Shown: piece after piece, positions 45,116 to 64,000 of the stretch
Layout of the letters: each line of letters opens with the position of its first letter
How positions within the stretch are numbered: position 1 is the first letter of the stretch
Origin: the human T2T-CHM13v2.0 reference genome, Homo sapiens
DNA: 64,000 bases
Assembly (NCBI RefSeq): GCF_009914755.1
Contig: NC_060926.1
Reading direction: 5' to 3' (one strand)
Notes under the pieces: model-generated
What the model saw: the letters and a program-made list of their open reading frames with translations, nothing else
Databases searched by the model: none
Told to the model about the DNA's origin: nothing
Made by a program: the position numbers and the translations under genes

Positions 45116-46210
45116 CACCCCCTTTGCAGTGGCCTCCCAAGTTGACTCAGGTTTTGGCATGTGATTGACAACAGGACATCAGCAAGTGTGATGCAAGCAG
45201 AGGTTTGATGGTGCAGCACACTGGGATGCTCCTTCCTGGACCCAGCCACCCACTGGGAAAAGCCTAAGCCACGTGGAGCAGCTACATAGAAGAGGGCCGG
45301 GGCCACAGCTACAGCCAGCAGCTCCTGCCAGCCACGTGAGAGAGCTACCTTGATGTTCCAGCCTCCAGAGATCTAAGAGCTTCCAGACATCTACCACCCC
45401 AGCCACACCACCTGAGCCAATGTCCCACAGAGTCATGGGAGATAATAAAAGGCTGTTGTTCTCTAAAGCTAGGGGTTAGTGAACTCTTTCTGTTAAAGTA
45501 AACATGTGAAGCTTTGCAAGTCTTACAGTCTCTGTCACAACCACTAAACTGTTGATGTAGCTCCAAAGCAGCCAAAGACAACACATAAATTAATAAGTGT
45601 GGCTATGTTCCCATAAAACATTATTTGCAGACAGCAAAATTTGTATTTCATATCACTTCCATGTGTCACAAAATATTAATCTTCAGTGTCCTTTTTCCTA
45701 GTCATTTTAAAATGTAAAAACTATTTGTCTTAGTCTGATCAGGCTGCTATAAAAGAATACCATAGACTGGGTGGCTCATAAACAACAGAAATTTATTTCT
45801 CACAGCTCTGGAGGCTGGGAAGTCCAAGATCAAAGCACTGTCAAATTTGGTGTCTGATGAGGGCCCACTTTCTGGTTCACAGACAGCCATTTTTTTGTGG
45901 CGTTCTCACTTGACAGAAGGGGCAAGGGAGCTCCTTGAAGCATCTTTTATGAGGGGACTAATCCCATTCATGAGATGGGCTCTGCCCTCATGATCTGATC
46001 ACCTCCAAATACCTCCACACTGGGACTAGGTTTTGAAATACGAATTTTGGGAACACACAAACATTCCATTTGTAGCACCATTCTTAGCTCATAGGCTGTA
46101 CAAAAATAAGCAGCAGCTGAATTTGTCCCACAGGCCATGGTTTCCCAACCCTTGTTTTAAGTGTTTGAGTTTTAGGATGGTTTGTAAATATGTTTGTGCA
46201 ATTGATAACT
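45116..46210. mobile_element. Nested MLT1 / MER58-like / MLT1A fragments
   Basis: MaLR motifs (atttatttctcacagctctggaggctgggaagtccaagatcaa at ~45790) inside MER58-like sequence. Confidence 0.6.
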
Positions 46211-46979
46211 GAAATAAGGAAGAATAAAAAAGGGTCTGTGTGGTTGTTAAAAAGCAAAAGCTTTGAAATCAGGCTTAGGCTTGAAGCCTAGTTCTGCCTT
46301 TGTTGCCTAGTAACCTTGGACAAGTTATACAATCTTTCTAGGCTCAGCTTCCTTATCTGTTAAAATGGGTATAATAACAGCAGGCACATCCCATTGAGTC
46401 CCTGTAAGGCTTAAGGAGAATACAGAGAAAGCATGAGATCACCCAGCAGATAGCAAGCAGGGAGCAAATGACAGCTATTAAGACAGAGGTAAGAGTAATG
46501 ACGAATCAGAAATCAACATGGGCAGGGCACTGGTCTACTATTTAGACCTCTCTGGATTGGCTGGTGAATTTGATACATTACTCAAAATCAAATGTGATCA
46601 GCCCCTAAGCACCAATAAATACTCTAATAATTTATGACTATGAAAAAAAGCTGAAAATGTGGCATGTACAAGTTGCATATTACACTATATGAGAACATCA
46701 TCTACTTGGCAGTAAGTAAATTGGCTTTGAAAACATCATTGAACCATCTCTGATTTTGTGTGTGTGTGCACAGAAGACCAAAATCTCCCACTGCACTTAA
46801 AATGCGTTATGAAGGAAGCATGTGTTTGGTGAGTAGACAGAACTTCTCTAATCCCCCAGCAAAAAAAATAAATAACATCTAATTCATATTTGTTGAAATT
46901 TGAGGGGAAAAAAAGAAGAGGCACAAGGCCCAATCATCTATGACCAAATCTGGCTAGCCATCTGCTATGGCTTGCTTAC

Positions 46980-47094
46980 CAAGAAAGGCAGGGGAAGCAA
47001 CTCAGACTCTTCAAACAGGGCAAGAGCGAGGTCTACACAAATAAAGAAGTATGCGGCAACCTGCGTTGTCTAGTGGTTATAAAAATAGTAACGT
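46980..47094 (-). pseudogene. TPCN3: TPC3 exon, IS1 (RYYFYNH*TTQVAAYFFICVDLALALFEESELLPLPFL)
   Basis: 115 bp, ctcctccag acceptor and gtaagc donor; TAG at 47070-72; LALFEE motif typical of TPC IS1. Confidence 0.9.
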
Positions 47095-47927
47095 CTGGAG
47101 GAGAAAAAGACAAAAGTGATTATAAACAACGAACAGGAGCTACACAGCACCCAAACATCTCTTTAAAGAACTAATGCTGGGTAAAATAAGAAAGTTAAGG
47201 CTTAGTCATGTTTCCTTTAAATTCTAGGGAGCAGGAGGCAGTATTTAATGATCATATACTATAAACACTAACACAAAAAAATCAAGCATATGATCATAAC
47301 TCAAAGCACATTTTCTTAACAGTCTCAAGCTAAGATTATACCTTCCCATGGGGTTGTTGTGATAGTAATAAGAGAATACTTGCAGAGGACTTGAACAGTG
47401 ACGGACACAGATTAAACCCTCAGTTAAAGTGGCCTATTATGATGTGGCATGGTGGCCTAACCCAATTTTAAAATGTACATCATCCCATCTTAACATGATA
47501 GACTCAGAAGAGATCTGGCAAAAGGTCATGCCAGTCTCTCCCCAGGTGGGGACAGTACCCCAAACATGCTCGGCAACATCCAGGGATGAGGTATTGGCTG
47601 CCTTGGGAGGCCCTGAGGCTGAGCCCTAGTGATAAACAGGCTGAGCACCTGTAGGGGGTGACAGAGAAAAAGCTGAATTCCCATGAGAAGAGCAAACATA
47701 TGGATTGCATCACAAAACAATGGACAGGACGAAAAAGCCTTTTCACTTGAGGTAACTCTAAGAGGATGACATAAAAGGAAAAGACAATGGCAAGTTCTTC
47801 CCTTGAATGCCCTAGCTTCTATGCTGGGTATTGCTCATTTTACTCATTTGTCTGATCTTAATCTATTTATTGAATGCTTCCCTGCGTGTGAGGCCCATGC
47901 TCTTATAACTCAAAAAAAAAAAAAAAT

Positions 47928-48081
47928 TCAGCCAGGCATGGTGGCTCACATATCTAATCCCAGGCCTTGGTGGGAGGATCACTTGAGCCCAGGAGTTCAA
48001 GGCTGCAGTGAGCCATGATCACACCACTGAACTCCAGCCCAGGCAACAAAGCAAGACCCTGTCTCAAAAAAAAAAAAAAAA
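47928..48081 (+). mobile_element. Short Alu monomer/deleted Alu
   Basis: gccaggcatggtggctcac..poly-A. Confidence 0.8.
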
Positions 48082-48230
48082 GTATTGGATTACGTCCAAA
48101 TCTATGTGCTGTACCCTATATACTTCTCAAAATATCTGTGTAAACAATGCCTTCAGTTTGGGTTCAAGTTCAAGAGTATCAAGTGCTGAAGGACAGGTGG
48201 TTCCACATGATGGTTTAACATGTTAGTTAC

Positions 48231-48312
48231 CTGATGGCCTGAGGTGAGTTTCAAATGGAACATTTCTGTTGTACTGGGCATCCAAAACATAGGCAGCTGC
48301 CAGGAGAAGGTC
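48231..48312 (-). pseudogene. TPCN3: TPC3 exon, N-terminal helix (DLLLAAAYVLDAQYNRNVPFET/SPQAIR)
   Basis: 82 bp where 83 is needed: 1-bp deletion near 48247; AAxYVxDAxxxR motif of TPCs; gtaact donor. Confidence 0.88.
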
Positions 48313-48480
48313 CTGTTCCCCATTGAGACAGAGTAAGGGAGACCAAGTCAGAGGAGGAGAGGATACTTTTCTTTTTCCTTTGTTAAGTATGCACTGAGTA
48401 TAAAAGGAAGCTCCCCTTCGCCTCTCCACAGACCCACTCTCCCAGAGGTAGCCAACATCTAAACAGTGTTGTCTCCACAC

Positions 48481-48509
48481 CTCCAATGTCTCTTTGAGCA
48501 CCGAGAATC
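48481..48509 (-). pseudogene. Candidate TPC3 micro-exon (GFSVLKETLE)
   Basis: ag/gt bounded, phase 1 to 0, bridges the 51928 candidate exon to the 48312 exon; weak pyrimidine tract. Confidence 0.3.
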
Positions 48510-48679
48510 CTGCAGTGGGACCAGGTCCAGACACACTCCACTTTCTTGAATTCAAATATAGGCTCTCAGAGGAAATGTAAATAAGCATTGACTAGAGCAT
48601 GTATTTGTACCTAAATGGTATATTCATACATACATATATTAATATATGGTTAGGTACACATGTATATACAAATATATAT

Positions 48680-49815
48680 ACGGTCATGTGCCCCATAACA
48701 TTCTGGTCAACAATGAACCACATATATAACAGGGTTCCCATAAGATTATAATGAGCTGAAAAATTCCTACCACCTAGTGAGGTCATAGCACAACAAAATA
48801 CAAAATTGTGGTGATGCTGGTGTCAACAAACCTCCACGGCCAGTCGTATAAAATTCTAGCACATACAATTATGTATGGTACATAATATTTGATAATGATA
48901 ATAAATGATTATGTTACTGGTTTATGTATTTACTACACTATGCTTTTTATGGTTATTTTAGATTGCACTCCTACTTATTAAAAAAAAAAGTTAACTGTAA
49001 AACAGCCTCAGGCAAGTCCTTCAGGAGGATTCCAGAAGAAGGCATTGTTATTCCAGGAGGTGACAGCTCCATAAGTGTTATGGCCCCTGAAGACCTTCCA
49101 GTGGGACGAGATGCAGAAGTGGAAGACAGTGATATTGAGGGTCCTGACCCTGTGTAGGCCTAGGCCAATGCATACGTTTGTGTCTTAGTTTTTAATAAAG
49201 AGTTTATGAAGTTAACATTTTTTAAGTTTAAAAATAGAAAAAAGCTTATAGGATAAGGATATAAAGAAAGAAAATATTTAGTATAGCTATGCAATGTGTT
49301 TTAAGCTGCTATTGCAAAAGAATCAAAACGTTTATAGAGTAGAAAATTTATAGTAAGCTAAGGTTAATTTGTTATTGAAGAAAGAAAAATATTTTTTATA
49401 AATGTAGTCAACTGTACAGTGTTTCTAAAGTCTACAGTAGTGTGCAGTGATTCCTAGACCTTCACATTTACTCACCACTCATTCACTGACTTACCCAGGA
49501 CAACTGCCAGTCCCGCAAGCTCCATTCATAGGAAGTGCCCTATTCATCTTTTACCTTTTATACCATATTTTTACTGTACCTTTTCTATGTTGAGATACAC
49601 GAATACACCATTGTGTTACAGTTACCTGCCATATTCAGTACAGTAATATGCTCTACAGGTTTGTAGCCTAGAAAAATAGTCTACAGCCTAGGTGTCTAGT
49701 AAGTTATGCCATTTAAGTTTGTGTAAGTACATTGTATGATATTTGCACAATGATGAAATCCCCTAGTGATCCATTTCTCAGAATATATCCCTGTTGTTAA
49801 GCGACGCATTACTGT
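48680..49815 (+). mobile_element. Tigger3-like DNA transposon
   Basis: Terminal inverted repeats cggtcatgtgccccataac / gttaagcgacgcattactg in a TA context. Confidence 0.8.
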
Positions 49816-49939
49816 ATATATACATATACATACAAACAAATCTGTAACACAAAATTATATACTATGTGTATTTACACTACATTATATATTTATATACATA
49901 TAAACACAAAACACAAAATTCCTTTTATATTTGCAAGTT

Positions 49940-51000
<1,061 letters not shown>

Positions 51001-51177
51001 CAAAATGAAAGACAAATACTTGGATTAAAAAAGTTGATGTAGAACAATAATCTCATAGATGAATTAACTGCCGTAAGAGCCGATCGCTTTTTGAGTAACA
51101 GGTATGCTCAGGGTTGGTATGGCAATTCTTACAGGCAGTTTATTAAAATCTAAGAAGCACCATGTAAATGTGTTTAA

Positions 51178-51495
<318 letters not shown>

Positions 51496-51927
51496 AAACA
51501 TTTTTCTTTTACATATTTAAAAAACATTCTAGTAGGAAAACCATTAATATCAATTATTTTTTTCATTGAAAATCTTTAACACTGAGGAAGAATACAGTTC
51601 CCAGGACATGCTTAGAAATATATTTTAGGTAGAAAATGCCTCGCATCAGCAAGAGTTGATTTTTTTTTTTTAATGAACACACACCAACTTTAAGAAAATT
51701 CCATTAAGCCTCAAAAAGATCATACTTGAAGAGTTCTGACATTGAGGCTTTTTAAAAAAATTGCTGGCAAAGATCTTTTAAGGCCACTGTTGTCCCCAGT
51801 GATGCTACAAACATCCTTACAGTCCCAGTGAGGCCATTTGTCCACAAACATAAGCAGTTCAACACTCACGGATTTGAGATGCATCCTTCATATGCCCTCC
51901 AGGTAGAGAAAGGAAAAAAACACTCAC

Positions 51928-52047
51928 CAGCAATGCCTCAGCCAGTCAGGCCCTCGGGGTCATCTCCATGAGACAGATCCCAGACCCCAGACATTGAATG
52001 ACCAGCACCTCATCACCCCCACCAACTGCCATCTGAACTCATCCTTG
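51928..52047 (-). pseudogene. Candidate first coding exon of TPC3 (MSSDGSWWG**GAGHSMSGVWDLSHGDDPEGLTG*GIA)
   Basis: aaacag acceptor, AGGATG start at 52042, strong CTG|gtgagt donor; three TGA codons compatible with CGA decay; homology not verified. Confidence 0.4.
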
Positions 52048-52683
52048 CTGTTTTAAAATCTGCTGATTCTATCATAATAGCCATTTCACCCTTACACTAA
52101 CGTTTCAAAGCTTTCCCATTCTTAACTGGTATTACATTTCTGACATCTATCTCCTTTTAAAATCGCATCTCCTTTATGCTTTGGTTCTAATTGCCTTCCT
52201 TCTCCTCCTCCCTCCCATTTGTGCGCAACTTCTAAGTGTCCTGCGTTCCGTGTGGGAAGCGGTACTCTTAGAAGACAGACTTTACTGTAATAAGCATGTT
52301 TATTTGAACTAAGGCCATTTGTATTTTCCCATAAAACAAACTGTTTTTACCCAACCCAAGAATGTGGATTATGTTAGACACCCCATTCCACAACTTCACA
52401 TACTTTTCAAGTTTACATGCGAACCACTGTCCATATCTACCATGAAAATAGCAAAGACCAAATAGCAGATGTTTCCCCAGATGCAGCTTAAATGTGGCTG
52501 CAAACCTCAAAACAGCATCCCAACTATGGGAGGCATTGGCAACTGTGGGAGTGGTGATTCTCAATCCCCACAGCATATGACAATCATCTTAACAACTTTT
52601 AAAGATCCTACTGAAGTCCAGGTCACATGCAGACCCCAACTGCATCAGAACCTCTGGGAGGTAGAACCCAGGATTAATCTTTA

Positions 52684-58830
<6,147 letters not shown>

Positions 58831-58930
58831 GATTAATCTTTTAAAGTTCACAAATGATTTGAACATGCAGTCAAGACTGAAAACCACTGATGTAAATATA
58901 GCCATTTTCCTAGTATTTCTTCTATTTTCC

Positions 58931-59232
58931 TTTCCTTTCTTTTTTTTTTTTTTTTCTGAGGCAGGGTCTTACTCTGTTGCCCAGGCTAGAGTGCAGTGGC
59001 ATGATCATGGCTTACTGCAGCCTCCACCTCCAAGCTCAAGCGATTCTCCTGCCTCAGCCTCCTGAGTAGCTGGAGCTACAGGTGCACGCCACCATGCCCA
59101 GCTAATTTTTGTTGTAGAGACAGGTTTTGCCATGTTGTCCTGGCTGTTCAAAATCTCCTGGGCTCAAGCAATCCATCCAGCTTGGCCTCCCCAAGTGCTG
59201 GGATCACAGGTAACAACCACTGCACCCCTCCT
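58931..59232 (-). mobile_element. AluJ
   Basis: Diverged dimeric Alu. Confidence 0.85.
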
Positions 59233-59642
59233 GTTTTCTATTTTAATTGCACCATGACAATAATTGCCTTCTCTTGATTTTCTCTTTCTCTTCTTCTCAG
59301 AGCTGTGATATTTATTTTCCTCCTCCCAAGACTTAAAAATGTTGTTAAGGATTTTGTGTTTTCTCTTCCATCCCCACCCCTCAACTCAGTAAGCCTTCAT
59401 TCTGGGGAAGATGAATCCCTTGGAATCCCTTAGAGGGTGAAAAGAATGCAGGAAGGAGGGAAAGATAAGATTCCAGAGGCTCTCAGTGGAGAGAGCCAGA
59501 AAGTTCCTTCTCTATGAACCCAGCAAATGCCTCCTTCAGTATTAACTGTGGTAGTAATAAACCATTGTAAGCCCCCAAATACCTTTAAGTCAGTCAAAAA
59601 TAACCTAGGCAAAATGCAAAGTTGTTGATAGAAGTGTTTTGA

Positions 59643-60043
<401 letters not shown>

Positions 60044-60143
60044 TTAAGGTAAAGAGAAGTTCCCATAAATTTTAAGTTAAATTCTTCCACTTCTCCATTT
60101 TTCTTTCCAATTCCAATGCTCCTTTCCTTACTAAAAACACTAC

Positions 60144-60516
60144 ACAGTAGTCCCCCCTTAATTGAGAAGAATAGGTTCCAAGACCCCCAGTTAGTTCCTG
60201 AAACTGAGCATAGTACCAAACCCTGTATATACTATGTCTTTTCAATCTGATAACCCAACAGCTACTAAGTGACTAGTGGGCAGGTAGTGTCTACTGCATA
60301 GATACGTGGGACAAAGAGATGATTCACGTCCCAGGTGGACAGAGCAGGACATCCGGAGATTTCACCATGCTACTCAGAACAGTGCACAATTGAAAACTTA
60401 TGAATTGTTTATTTCTGTAAATTTTTATTGGATATTTTTGGACTGCAGTTGACCTAGAGTAACTGGAACCGCAGAAAACAAAACCAAAAAAACCATGGAT
60501 AAGAGAGGCTACTGTA
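60144..60516 (+). mobile_element. Tigger4 (MER46/Zombi)-like DNA transposon
   Basis: Inverted ends cagtagtccccccttaat / ataagagaggctactg. Confidence 0.75.
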
Positions 60517-61289
60517 CCTTCTGTCTCCCTCAGTACACCGTGTCCTCCCACAAGCTCTTCCTGCATACTGATAGAATAGATTACTGCTTTCCTCATGAGA
60601 CCCCCCCATTCAAAAGCATCAGGTGATTTCTCTCTGCCTAAAGCGATTTCTCTTTGTCCAATCGAGTGCAAAACCCTTGGCTTAGCATTTGGGGGCTCCA
60701 CAATCTCTCCTCTACTCCTGTCTCCAATTTAATCTCCCTCACTTCCCCTATAGGAACACTTTTCTCTGGCCAAAATTGGTGGACTTGTCCACTGTCCCTC
60801 TATGAACCCACCTCCGTGCCTGATCTCACGCTCACTTAAAACCAGGAGTAATTTTTTCCACTTTCCTTCACTGGACACCTGTCTCAAATTTCACTTTCTC
60901 CATGAAGATTGGCAATCCCAGCAGCTTCTATTTCCACACAAAAAGACTGCCTGGAAAAGCTGGGGTCTTGACACACATTGTGGACATTTTATACGAAGAA
61001 ACAGCTGCGGGGGATAGGACAGGGCACAGCAGTTGTGGGAGAAGGGTGACTGAGTAGGTGGCAATGAGGTGTTAGGGTAAAGACCTTATGTTCCTCTATA
61101 AAGAAAGTAGCAAACCAACAACTGACAGGCCAAGTGCAGCCTAAAGTTGTGTTTTGTTTGGCCCAGAGAGTGTTTTTAGATGCTGGTTACTCATTCCAAT
61201 TTTTTAAAAGCTGGAGCTTACACAAAAATTTGAACTTCTGGCTTCTCTTTAAAAGATTATAACATTCAGCCATGCTGCGCTGTATTTCA

Positions 61290-61740
61290 ATAAGTTTTTG
61301 CTACCCACCCTGATTCTTGGTCACCTAAATAAACACTTATTATTTTCCCCAATTCTGTGGGTCAGCTGGGCAGTCCTGGTCTGGGCCAACTTAGCTGATC
61401 TCTGTGGTCATCTGGGACTGGATGGTCTAGAACAGCCTTGCTCACATATCTTGGCCATGTGCATCCTGCAGCAGGCTAGCCAGGGCTCTTCCACCGGTCG
61501 TGGTCAAAGTTTCCCAAGCGCATCAGGAGAGCAAGCACCAATGTCTGAGTGCCTTTCACACCTCTGCCTGTATCCCATCTACTAATGTCCCATCAGCCAA
61601 AGCAAGTCTCATGGCCAAACCCAGATTCAAGCGCTGGAGAAACAGATCCCACCTCTTGATATAAGGAGTTGCAAAGGCACATTGCAAAAAGGGTATGTAT
61701 TCAGGGATGGGAAGACTTTCTGGCCATTTTTGCAATCTAT
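61290..61740 (-). mobile_element. MLT1 LTR fragment
   Basis: gccaaagcaagtctcatggccaaaccc..ggccatttttgcaatcta. Confidence 0.65.
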
Positions 61741-62764
61741 GATAGCCGTGGTCAACTGGAGGTGGGTAGCTGTGGTCTTCTTTGGGCAGGGGACATGCCA
61801 TCAGGTCATCACAAACCCCACTCCTCTCCCTCACTGAATCATTGCTACCTAGCCCACTGGCTTTATGTTGCTCCTTGGACCACCTGAGTGGAACACTTTC
61901 TCAAGCCCTCCTGGTTACTGCAAACAACAGCTCTGCAAATTGCTAAAAGGGAGCACCAGTGGATTAAGACCGCAAAGCAGGGTAATGCAGGATCTGCACG
62001 AACAGGTTTAAGAACAAGAACATTCAAAAAGAAGCACATAAAAGTATCAAGAGGTTAACATAGAACTGTCACAAAGGAATGGCATAAGACACAGGCTCTC
62101 AACCCTGGTGGCACTTTTGAATCACTCAGTAGCCTGAAACTTACTACTGCCCAGGACGCATCCATATCAATTACATCAGAATCTCAGGGGTAGAGGCTGA
62201 ACTGGATACAGTCCTAAAAGCTCCTTAGCTAATGCTAACCAATGGCAAAATTGAGAATCACTAGCATTGGGTTCTTTCTATTTCAAAGTTCAAAGTGTTG
62301 GTAAATTCCCCCAAAGAAGTAGATTGCCATCTTAGTAGCCAAAAAAAAAGAAACTCCAATCACAAAAGAGTCTTAAAAATAAGTATTTGAAAGGAGAGGG
62401 GGTTAATGCATTTCAGGTGACTAGGCAGGTTCTAGTTACATGAATCCAAACTAATTCTTAAATAAGGTTAACCCAGTTATATTGGCCATTGAGTGCCCGA
62501 GGTCAGAACCTGGGGAGGGAAGAAGATCTAGATGCCTTCTCTGATTTAATGACTCAATCAATGATGTTATCTCAGATGGCAGAAGCAAGGCCAAAGCTGG
62601 GGACAAAGGAACTTCCCCCTCCTTTCCTTTACCTGCTCTCTCGAGGGATAGGACATATGGTAGAATGCATCTGTTGGATGTGGTCAAGCCCCTTTGGTGT
62701 GGAGGTTTTTCCATCAAAACCTCTCTGACCTGCAGGCCAGAGAGGGAGACGTATGCACCAGAGC

Positions 62765-62931
<167 letters not shown>

Positions 62932-63379
62932 CTGGCAGAGCTTTTCAACTCCACACACAAGCCTGCCCTGTGGACCCTCTCCAGCAGGCTTCAAGAGCCC
63001 AGTGGGAAGCGGCAGGGGTGATAATGCAGCAGCCCAGAGCTGAAGGGGGCCAGTTCAAGACTAAGAGGGAGACTGAACAAAAACGCTCTCCACCTCCCAC
63101 ACACTTGCACAACGCAAAGGAGATGCAGCATGGACCCTGAGGGGTCTAAAGATTGGCTGTCATGACTGTGCCAGGCACTGTGCCAGGCACTGTGCCAGGG
63201 CCTGACCGACGTTGTCACCCATGGTCTTCATGACTTCTGACGGCCCATCATATTGTAATTCAGGCCTCAGATTTCCTGAATCAGAGCAGGGGCTCCTGCC
63301 ATTGAAGTCCTGCCTCCCTCTCCACTGTCTTAGTTCTTGTCCAGTGCAAGAAAATAGATCAAGAAGGGTCGCTTGGAAG

Positions 63380-64000
63380 CTCAAACTCTTTCGAAGAAGC
63401 TCAGGCTATCGCAGCGAAACAGACCCTGAGCGGCTGCGCAGCCCTTCTGCTGTGTCCCGCAGGCATCGGAAGACCCGGGGCTGCATCAGCACTCCCGGGG
63501 CCCACATCCTGCAGCCTTCTTTCCGGGCGTTTTCCTGCTGCCTTGGAGTTCTGTGGGGACGCGCATTGGTCACCAAACAAGGGTGCGCGCCTCACTGAGT
63601 GAGAATGGCCCCTAATCTGGAGCCCCAGCACCGATCCCTGCTCAGCCCCGGAGAGTGGGAGGCTTGTCGGGTCGCTTGACTACAACGTGCGGGCTGCGCT
63701 CTAGCTGGCGGTGCGCCTCCCAGCTGAGCAGCCCAATGAGCAGGGAACCGAGAAAGACCGAAAGCAGAGGGGTTCCTAGTCCCGCTGACCCCCAAGGGCC
63801 CTCATTCTCTGCAGCCGGCCGTGGCTTCCAGCGGGTTCGCTTTCTCCCTGGGAGTCCCGGAGGCGCCCGGCACCAGGAGGGCAACGAAGGGGCAGGAGGC
63901 GCTGCCGTCCGGGCGCCCTCCGAGCACAGCCAGGAAGTCCTCCTTACCTCATGGGTCTGCGGCTCCTCGCCGGGCTGCGGGCGCAGGCAGCTCACCACCG
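63380..64000 (-). promoter_or_regulatory. CpG island; probable promoter/first exon of the TPC3-pseudogene transcript (continues beyond the window)
   Basis: High GC and CpG density; minus-strand donors GAG|gtaagg (63946-47) and GTG|gtgagc (63994-95). Confidence 0.7.

Noticed and set aside
63642-63998. ORF with LLSVFLGSLLIGLLSWEAHRQ, loosely like mitoregulin (MTLN)
   Set aside because: Similarity is superficial; recalled MTLN motifs are absent and it is a CpG-island ORF
63994-64000. GTG|gtgagc donor as the end of MALL exon 1
   Set aside because: Exon 1 should end in ..PEL (GAG CTG by recall); the sequence reads CGGTG, and TPC3 exons lie in between

Overview
Primate (very probably human) genomic DNA; by recall it belongs to the chr2q13 segmental duplications around NPHP1/MALL. 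The minus strand carries two gene fragments in tandem. First, a CpG-island promoter at the right edge is followed by at least seven exons (37.7-48.3 kb) of a decayed two-pore channel 3 gene (TPC3/TPCN3). They encode only domain I (IS1-IS6 and the pore, TTANSPD), carry nonsense, frameshift and splice-site lesions, and stop abruptly after IS6. Second, intact MALL exons 2-4 with 3' UTR and poly(A) signal (22.2-30.1 kb) follow, with no MALL exon 1 anywhere in the window. The layout looks like a rearrangement junction that places a headless MALL copy under the TPC3 promoter; exon phases allow an in-frame TPC3(IS3-IS4)-MALL chimera, which is a hypothesis only. Also present: MIR4436B and MIR4267 hairpins, an SVA inside an Alu, a twin-primed L1, a full-length L1, an internally deleted L1, a full THE1 element, several solo LTRs with target-site duplications (TSDs), Tiggers, Alus and an unexplained ~90-bp inverted repeat. 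Gene, miRNA and repeat-subfamily names come from recall, not from database searches.
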